A stretch of 64,000 bases of DNA. Origin: a virus. The notes beneath the pieces were generated by a model. That model was not told where the DNA came from and made no database searches. It worked only from the letters and a program-made list of their open reading frames with translations. The DNA lies in the IMG/VR virus record IMGVR_UViG_3300025276_000029, positions 7,553-71,552 of that record; one strand, written 5' to 3'. Each line of letters opens with the position of its first letter. Within the stretch, counting starts at the first letter, position 1. Shown here piece by piece: positions 57,776 through 64,000 of this stretch. The position numbers were made by a program, and so were the translations under genes.

Positions 57776-59188
57776 TTAATTAGTGTTTCCGTTAACACCT
57801 GGTAATTTGTTAAGACTCTCAAGAGCTTCATTAACTCTGTTTTGGTCGTTAATAGCTTTTACTGCGTTACTTTGCAGGAATGTATTACCCTTGCCACTAT
57901 CTTCTGTCATGTCAATTTGAACAGTAGCGTTATTGAATATAACATTATCGAATTGAATACCATCCTTACCGAATCTAGACTTAAGAATCGCCATATTAGC
58001 AAAGCCAGTTTCCTTTTGTTCAAGTGACTTGGCGATTGACAATATAAAGTGACCTATTTGACCTTTCTTTATAGAACCACCCATCATACTTGAATCGACA
58101 GTCTCTGCGTTGATGGAACTTCTATTACCTTGTACCGCTGTCCAACCTGCGATATCTAATTCGCTAAGAAGTGTTTCGAATTGTCTCATTACGTTACCTT
58201 CACCAGACCATTCGTCAGAAAACGACTTACTTGGTTGCACAACATCAATATAGTCAAGAATAACCATATCAGGTCTAAATCCAGTAGATATTAACTTCTT
58301 AATATATTGCTTAATCATAGGGATAGTTGTACCATCACTAGGAAACTTCTTTAATTTAATCTGACCTGGTTGTTCTTCTCTAGCTTTAGCAGTCGCAATT
58401 ATCTCGTCAAAGTTCTCAGTTAATTCATTAAGAGTGTATTTACCCTCCATCCAACATGTTAAGTGTTTTCTTTGTATTACCTTTGGGTTGTCCTCAAAGA
58501 AAATCTGTAAGACGTTTTTTCCGACGTTCTTAGCGTTGTTTGCTATCTTAGTCATAAGAGTAGTCTTACCAACTCCGAAAGGCGCTAAAATTACAGCTAA
58601 CTCCCCTTTAGATAGGCCACCATCCATGTATTCGTCAAGTCCATTAATACCAGTTGGTATTGGGTTTCTAAAATCTTCGGCTAATACGCTTTCAAGGTCT
58701 TCAAACACATCCATTCCATCATCTTTACTGTCACCGACTTCTAGTGCTTTCTTTAGGATGTCCTCACATTCTGGATAGTCATCTAAGTTTCCTGTTTCGA
58801 TAATCTTTTGTATCTCTCTAACAGACTTCTTAAGTTCTTGTTGTTTACAGAACTTCATAGCTGTGTCTTGAATATGAAGACTGTTGTTAAGTTCTGCATT
58901 TTTTACCTTATCAAACTGCTCAATATACATTTCTTTATCAATCTCATTAGAGACAGTTGATAAAATCATTGATTCTAAGTTACTAACATCAGGTATTACG
59001 CCGTACTCCTCATAGTTGTCAGCAATCTTTAATGAAGCAGTTCTTAGGAAACTATCTTCAAAATAATTAGGCTGTAAGATGTCAATAATAGTTTCTCCAA
59101 ATTTTCTATCCACTAGAAGTTGTTGAATTAATCTATATTGAAAATCTAATCCTAAGTAACCTAATTTGTTTTTGTCAATTAAACTCAT
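57776..59188 (-). CDS. dnaB: Replicative helicase (DnaB/gp41-like)
   Basis: GGLSKGELAVILAPFGVGKTT, ILDYID, WTAVQGNR, KSRFG. Confidence 0.92.
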   Translation of the reverse strand: MSLIDKNKLGYLGLDFQYRLIQQLLVDRKFGETIIDILQPNYFEDSFLRTASLKIADNYEEYGVIPDVSNLESMILSTVSNEIDKEMYIEQFDKVKNAELNNSLHIQDTAMKFCKQQELKKSVREIQKIIETGNLDDYPECEDILKKALEVGDSKDDGMDVFEDLESVLAEDFRNPIPTGINGLDEYMDGGLSKGELAVILAPFGVGKTTLMTKIANNAKNVGKNVLQIFFEDNPKVIQRKHLTCWMEGKYTLNELTENFDEIIATAKAREEQPGQIKLKKFPSDGTTIPMIKQYIKKLISTGFRPDMVILDYIDVVQPSKSFSDEWSGEGNVMRQFETLLSELDIAGWTAVQGNRSSINAETVDSSMMGGSIKKGQIGHFILSIAKSLEQKETGFANMAILKSRFGKDGIQFDNVIFNNATVQIDMTEDSGKGNTFLQSNAVKAINDQNRVNEALESLNKLPGVNGNTN

Positions 59189-59216
59189 TTTATAAAACTT
59201 GTATTAAATAAATATC

Positions 59217-59762
59217 TTACTTTGTCTCAAACTTATGAGGTGCTAACGATTTTGTTATATCATACCCTCCGTATGATGTTGTATAGTTATCTCTACTTAA
59301 ATATTCTGAAATTTCAGCAATAATACTAGGTATAATTTCTCTAATATTTACCTCATACCTAACATCTTTTTGAAACCAGTTTCCAGAAAAAGAACTCTTA
59401 GCTATTACTTTTTTATCTACTTTAATTTCAAAAGTAAATATATCTTCATTTTCAAATACGTTCTTTGTATCGTCGTCAATCGGAACCACTCTGTACGGGT
59501 TGTAACCTGACCAAGCATATTTCTTAGATATCTTCTTAAGAAAGCTAGGAATCATACCCATAGTTGGTGTATGTATACCTGTTAGTTCATCGATTAATTC
59601 TTTAATCTCTGCAGAGTTAATTGCGTTTTTATTATAACCTCTAATGTCAAACATTCTTTGACAGATAATTGGTTTCTTCGCGTTTTCAGTTTTTTTAGCT
59701 GCTTCATTGATGTACAATGCAAATTCAAATCTAAAATTGTCCCATGGGTTTCTACTTTTCAT
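59217..59762 (-). CDS. Hypothetical protein in replication operon
   Basis: 181-aa ORF; IICQRMF motif. Confidence 0.75.
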   Translation of the reverse strand: MKSRNPWDNFRFEFALYINEAAKKTENAKKPIICQRMFDIRGYNKNAINSAEIKELIDELTGIHTPTMGMIPSFLKKISKKYAWSGYNPYRVVPIDDDTKNVFENEDIFTFEIKVDKKVIAKSSFSGNWFQKDVRYEVNIREIIPSIIAEISEYLSRDNYTTSYGGYDITKSLAPHKFETK

Positions 59763-59773
59763 AACTTTTAATT

Positions 59774-60841
59774 TTAATTTATAATATTTTCTTTTTTCTC
59801 TCTTTCCATTAATTTTTTAAACGGAAGTAAGTAAGTTTCATACCTAGACTGTCCAAGTATTTTATCTAGTCCGTCATTTTTTAACATTCTATATGCGTTT
59901 TTTATTGACCTATCATCACTTAGTGGTGAATCTATTAATAAATTAACATCTTTTAACGCTTTTTCTGACACTAGTGGTGTTGTTAAGTCAATAAGTTTTC
60001 TATTGATTTCATATAGATTATCACCTTGAACTCCTTCGGTTGTTCCGTTAATGATATTGTCAAGAACCTGTAACTTATTCTTTTTACCTTGTAATCTTTC
60101 TTCTTGTAATTTACTAGCATCATTGATAATTTCATCTAGTGTTACTTTTCTTTCGGTAAGTTGAGGGAAGTGTTTGAATAGAGTACCTTCACCTAGTCTC
60201 TTAACACCCTTTATATTATCGCTTGAGTCACCGCAAAGAATTTTCATTACCGCAATGTTTTCATGATGATATCCAAATTGTTCTTTGAAGTTACTCGGTG
60301 TAATGTATTTTTTTAAATGAAGAAGGTATAGTCTTATATTTTTACTTACAAGTTGTGCAATATCCATATCGCTTGTAACTACTGTTATATTTTCTACATC
60401 TTGTTTCACTTTGCAAAAGTACGCAATAAAATCGTCTGCTTCAACCTTTTCGTCAATTAATTGTCTAATATATAATTCTTCTAGATAATTAAATACAACT
60501 TCTCTCTGGTGGACCTCCATTAAATCATCTGGAATAGTTCCGTTAATGTAGTCTTTATTTCTATTGCCTTTATAATCTTTATAGATTTCCCATCTCATTT
60601 TTCCAGAAAATTTACCATCCCAGAATACATATACTTTGTGATATAGGTTTTCTTCCATTAATTTTCTTAGTACAGTCAGAAACTGATAAACACCCCCGTT
60701 TTGATTACCACTTTCATCGTAGTCATCCTTAGTTGCGGAATACCCTCTTTTAAAGAGGGCATTACCATCTACAACTAATGTGTTTATACTAAGTTTATTA
60801 TCTAATTTACTAATGCCAGTTTTTGGCGGTGTTCTTTTCAT
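59774..60841 (-). CDS. 5'-3' exonuclease/flap endonuclease (T4 RNase H-like)
   Basis: VVDGNAL, FWDG, YKGNR, EADD, TSDMD, CGDSSDNIKGV..LG. Confidence 0.92.
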   Translation of the reverse strand: MKRTPPKTGISKLDNKLSINTLVVDGNALFKRGYSATKDDYDESGNQNGGVYQFLTVLRKLMEENLYHKVYVFWDGKFSGKMRWEIYKDYKGNRNKDYINGTIPDDLMEVHQREVVFNYLEELYIRQLIDEKVEADDFIAYFCKVKQDVENITVVTSDMDIAQLVSKNIRLYLLHLKKYITPSNFKEQFGYHHENIAVMKILCGDSSDNIKGVKRLGEGTLFKHFPQLTERKVTLDEIINDASKLQEERLQGKKNKLQVLDNIINGTTEGVQGDNLYEINRKLIDLTTPLVSEKALKDVNLLIDSPLSDDRSIKNAYRMLKNDGLDKILGQSRYETYLLPFKKLMEREKKENIIN

Positions 60842-60880
60842 TAAAACCTATTAAAAGGGTTAAACAATATATTTAAAATA

Positions 60881-61978
60881 TTAAGCTTTTGTTTCAGCTT
60901 TTTCTTCTACCTCTTCCTTAACAACAACAAAGTCAGCTGATTCACTGTTAAGTTTTTTAAGGATGTAGTCTCTATGTTCTTTTTTGTATTCCTCAATCTT
61001 AGATGGGTTCCAGTAACCATGTGGAGTTGACGCTAATTTACCTTGCTCTTCAACACCGTTAACTTGATTCTTCTCACATCTTACCTTTGTTTCAATACCA
61101 AATTGATATACCTCACCTCCAGAAGTTGCTTTTAACTTAACTGTTGAATGTGTAAGAATCCCTCCAAAGTGTACGATTACTCTTGGTGCGTAAAAAAATG
61201 CTTCACCACCCTTGTGTTTGATAACAGTATTCATGTTATCTAACCAAATCTTTTGTACCACTGCGAACGTATTTGTGTACGGTTTACCCATTCTTCTAGA
61301 TGATGGAAGTCTGTGTTGAGTTAACGACTTGAAAGCCGTTTCCATAGAACCAGCGTTCCATTGATTATTACTAGACTTAGACATTACCGATTGATAACCG
61401 TTAAGTGAACCAACGGAGTCCCAAAGAAAACATAAATCTCTGTCTAATTCACCTTTTTCTTGTAGGTCAAGTAATTCAGTCATAAATCTAGCAATATCTT
61501 CAATAATCGGCTCATACCTAAGTGGTTTAGTACCAACTTTACCATTTGAGTAATCAACATTCTGAAATCTCTTCATAAGGTCGTCACCGTTCATGAATAC
61601 AAAGTCACCCTCATAGTCGATTACTTCACCAGTACTTTCGTCAATAACTTCTTCGAATTGAACACCGATATTCCTAGCGTGTTCCCATGACCAATTACCC
61701 TCAGTTTCCATAATCACTGGTAAATCACCAACTTTTTGTGCTCCAGCAACTGCTTCATAAATCGCTGTAGACTTTCCTGTATTACTGTAACCTCTAAATG
61801 AAGTGAAGTATCCTCTTGCTAAACCTGGAATCTTTAATGCTTCGTGAAATGAATCTGATAACGGTATCCATGATAATTCTTTTTCTTTAACTACAATATC
61901 AAGTCCATTATTCTTTTTAAACGCTTTATTGTCAAACGCCTTCTTTTTAATTGGTTTTTTTGGTGCTTTACTTGCCAT
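60881..61978 (-). CDS. recA: RecA/UvsX-like recombinase
   Basis: GYSNTGKST Walker A, METE, FLWDSVGS, KGGEAF, EKNQV. Confidence 0.85.
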   Translation of the reverse strand: MASKAPKKPIKKKAFDNKAFKKNNGLDIVVKEKELSWIPLSDSFHEALKIPGLARGYFTSFRGYSNTGKSTAIYEAVAGAQKVGDLPVIMETEGNWSWEHARNIGVQFEEVIDESTGEVIDYEGDFVFMNGDDLMKRFQNVDYSNGKVGTKPLRYEPIIEDIARFMTELLDLQEKGELDRDLCFLWDSVGSLNGYQSVMSKSSNNQWNAGSMETAFKSLTQHRLPSSRRMGKPYTNTFAVVQKIWLDNMNTVIKHKGGEAFFYAPRVIVHFGGILTHSTVKLKATSGGEVYQFGIETKVRCEKNQVNGVEEQGKLASTPHGYWNPSKIEEYKKEHRDYILKKLNSESADFVVVKEEVEEKAETKA

Positions 61979-62012
61979 AACTTTTTTTATATTTATTATT
62001 AATTATTAGAGG

Positions 62013-62037
62013 AAAAAAATGGGCAACAAAGTACCCA
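62013..62037 (-). terminator. Intrinsic terminator after SSB gene
   Basis: TGGGTA-ctttgt-TGCCCA followed by a T-run. Confidence 0.65.
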
Positions 62038-62061
62038 CCTTTTATCTATATATTATTTAAT

Positions 62062-63000
62062 TTAGAATGGTAAGTCGTCATCCTCATCCTCAACATTAGT
62101 TGTCGGAGCTGGAGTTACTACTTCTACCACTGGTACAGTTGGGACTACTTTTTCTGTAGTAAGTGTTAAGTCCTTAAAATCAGACGCAGTACCCATTGTT
62201 AATTCAGAATCATCATCCTCGGTCCGTGAAGATGTTTCAATAGCGGCAGCATCAAGGCTACTCTTAGATACCCACTTATCATTCTCTTTGCTCCATGTCG
62301 GGACTTCACCAGATACTACAATCTTTAAGTAGTTATAATCTCTAAGACTATAAACATCTCTCCATGTTCTAGTGTCGTTAGCCCATACTGAAGCCTCGTT
62401 ATCATCCTCACTTAATGGTGTTGATTCTAATGGGTAAGCTACTGATTGAACTATTGGAACTTTAAATTGATTTCTTGCAATATTTAAAATTAAATCTCTA
62501 CCTGATTGCGGGTCTGTAATGTCATGCTTGACAGCTTTAACTGCTCCCATTATTTTATCTAGTGTTCCACCGCCATCCCATGCGTGATTAAATCTCCAGA
62601 ATTTTACACCTTCTTTTTCATTACCTCTTTCAATAACCTTAAGGATGTACATTTTTCTAGCTGAATACTTCTTTGCTAATTCCTTGTCAGCTTCTTTACC
62701 AGTCGCCCTTAATGTTTGATTAACTTCGCAGAACGGACACTCAGTATCTTCTTCGTGTTTAAGACATGGAAACGTTTTCCATGCACCATCAACTTGTGCT
62801 TTGTGTCCCCATAAAGTATCCCAGAATACGTTTTGACCTTCTTTAGGTGGTAGGATTCTTATTACCTTTGTTGTTGAATTTTCGTTAGGCTGTAAAAAAG
62901 TACTAAAATAGTTAGATAACTCGTACTTCTTTATTTCTGTTTTTTTTTCGGCTTGCTGAGAGTCAGCGTAACCTTTCATCATGTTTTCAAATTTGTTCAT
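62062..63000 (-). CDS. Single-stranded DNA-binding protein (T4 gp32-like)
   Basis: IRILP, H...C...CPFC zinc site, TDPQSGRDL, acidic DDDLPF C-terminus. Confidence 0.88.
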   Translation of the reverse strand: MNKFENMMKGYADSQQAEKKTEIKKYELSNYFSTFLQPNENSTTKVIRILPPKEGQNVFWDTLWGHKAQVDGAWKTFPCLKHEEDTECPFCEVNQTLRATGKEADKELAKKYSARKMYILKVIERGNEKEGVKFWRFNHAWDGGGTLDKIMGAVKAVKHDITDPQSGRDLILNIARNQFKVPIVQSVAYPLESTPLSEDDNEASVWANDTRTWRDVYSLRDYNYLKIVVSGEVPTWSKENDKWVSKSSLDAAAIETSSRTEDDDSELTMGTASDFKDLTLTTEKVVPTVPVVEVVTPAPTTNVEDEDDDLPF

Positions 63001-63045
63001 AATTTGCTTTTGTTTTTTTTTAAATTAGTTTATATTATTGCTATA

Positions 63046-63097
63046 GTCTTACAGGTAACCCCTGCTTATATAAATATCGGTAAATAAGCAGAAAGAC
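63046..63097 (-). promoter_or_regulatory. Structured 5' leader of SSB gene with promoter motif in the hairpin loop
   Basis: CTGCTTAT/ATAAGCAG stem, GTCTT/AAGAC outer stem; the TATAAATATC motif spans the loop. Confidence 0.55.
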
Positions 63098-63142
63098 CAA
63101 TAATTAGTTCTTTTTTTTAAACTTTTTAACCACCCTGTTACA

Positions 63143-63173
63143 CAAATATATGAGTAAATTAAGTGTAGTGCAA
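63143..63173 (-). promoter_or_regulatory. SigmaA-type promoter
   Basis: TTGCAC-N17-TATATTTG. Confidence 0.75.
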
Positions 63174-63184
63174 TAGTTAAGGAC

Positions 63185-63219
63185 AAAAAAAATGAGGTAA
63201 TTGTTATAACTACCTCATT
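63185..63219 (-). terminator. Intrinsic terminator
   Basis: AATGAGGTAGTT-ataac-AATTACCTCATT followed by a T-run. Confidence 0.8.
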
Positions 63220-63244
63220 ATTAATTAATTAATTTTAATTTTAT

Positions 63245-63979
63245 TTAGAAATCTTCTTCCTCAAACTCGTTTTTATCAATAAAACTATCTTTAAGTTTAT
63301 CGTCAGAGTAGTCTTTTTGTATTTCCTTTTTATCTAATACATATTCCGTTTCTTTCTTCTCACTTGACATCACATCGTACTGACCTTCTTGGTCTTTCCA
63401 GAAGTCACCTAGTCTCATATTAAATGGAGCTGAATCCATAGAAATCATTTCTAATTTTTCGTTAGGTGTTGGTGCTCTCTTTTCTAATTCACTTTCAAGA
63501 CTATCAATTTTAGTTGATATTGAACTCATTGAGGTTACTTGGTTCTCTAAGTTGTCAATCATTCCCATTAACTGGTCAATCTTTTGATTAGCTGAATCTG
63601 CAGACGCTTTAGCTTCTTCGGAACCTTTTACTAATTCAGTAACATCTAGCTCAACGGCATCGTCCATGGATTCCATTTCTGGCTCTTCTACTGAGTCTTC
63701 ATCACCGAAACCTACTTCATCATCACCAAACCCTTCAGCGTCTTCTGAGTCGTCTAATGGTTCGTCTTCACTTTCTTCTTCTCCAGGTATGTTTATATCC
63801 TCGTCTGGGATATCTAGTTCTTCGTCTTCTTCTTTAATGTTACTAAGTAGTAAGTCGTCTACAGTTTGTTTAGTGTCTTCATCTTCATCTTCATAGAATA
63901 GAAAGCTGTTTTCTAAAATATTTTTAAACCTGTTTACTTCTTCTTTTAATAGACTTTTTTTATTGTTTTTCTTATTCAT
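63245..63979 (-). CDS. Highly acidic protein with coiled coil (scaffold/head-associated candidate)
   Basis: SLLKEEVNRF leader, E/D-rich tract, ELDVTELV, PTPNEKLE. Confidence 0.7.
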   Translation of the reverse strand: MNKKNNKKSLLKEEVNRFKNILENSFLFYEDEDEDTKQTVDDLLLSNIKEEDEELDIPDEDINIPGEEESEDEPLDDSEDAEGFGDDEVGFGDEDSVEEPEMESMDDAVELDVTELVKGSEEAKASADSANQKIDQLMGMIDNLENQVTSMSSISTKIDSLESELEKRAPTPNEKLEMISMDSAPFNMRLGDFWKDQEGQYDVMSSEKKETEYVLDKKEIQKDYSDDKLKDSFIDKNEFEEEDF

Positions 63980-64000
63980 ATTTGTATGTGTTACATAAGT

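Noticed and set aside
54852-61978. Inteins or introns in nrdA, nrdB, helicase, recA
   Set aside because: Lengths are normal, motifs are contiguous and no splice-junction signatures were seen
753-63896. Numerous plus-strand ORFs in the track (e.g. 753, 3484, 10205, 14618, 21137, 55258, 63666)
   Set aside because: Antisense shadows of well-supported minus-strand genes, with Ser/Leu/Phe-rich mirror composition. Only 4187, 7557 and 25856 fill real gaps.
1-64000. CRISPR array, diversity-generating retroelement, IS element
   Set aside because: No regularly spaced repeats, reverse transcriptase, TR/VR pair or transposase seen by eye; the tandem repeats found are in-frame coding repeats
1-64000. 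Stop-codon reassignment as in some Bacteroidota phages
   Set aside because: Code 11 gives long, tightly packed ORFs, and TAG ends intact genes such as nrdA

Overview
This is an AT-rich, gene-dense segment of a large myovirus-like (jumbo/huge) phage genome, read almost entirely on the minus strand in the standard genetic code. Several independent clues point to a Bacteroidota host: TTG-N20-TAnnTTTG promoters, a Bacteroidota-type RpoD, an Hc1-like histone protein, SprB repeats, a lipoprotein with an acidic export signal and no obvious Shine-Dalgarno sites. In transcription order (right to left) the window holds: (1) a replication/recombination block (gp32-like SSB, RecA/UvsX, 5'-3' exonuclease, DnaB-like helicase, nrdB, nrdA) followed by a free-standing HNH gene; (2) a ~26 kb baseplate/tail block; (3) a RuvC-like resolvase, primase, PD-(D/E)XK nuclease, an unusually split SbcD/SbcC pair and a sigma-70; (4) a putative lysis operon; (5) acidic putative internal-head proteins with a tandemly duplicated domain; (6) an M15 endolysin and small accessory genes; (7) a proteostasis cluster of dnaJ, clpP and a tmRNA gene with an unusually long tag. 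Features missing from the ORF track but read from the sequence: the tmRNA, a 57-aa Hc1-like gene, an isolated ECF sigma region-4 fragment, a truncated third paralog copy, two promoter classes and a structured gp32 leader. All protein calls come from motif recognition, not database searches.
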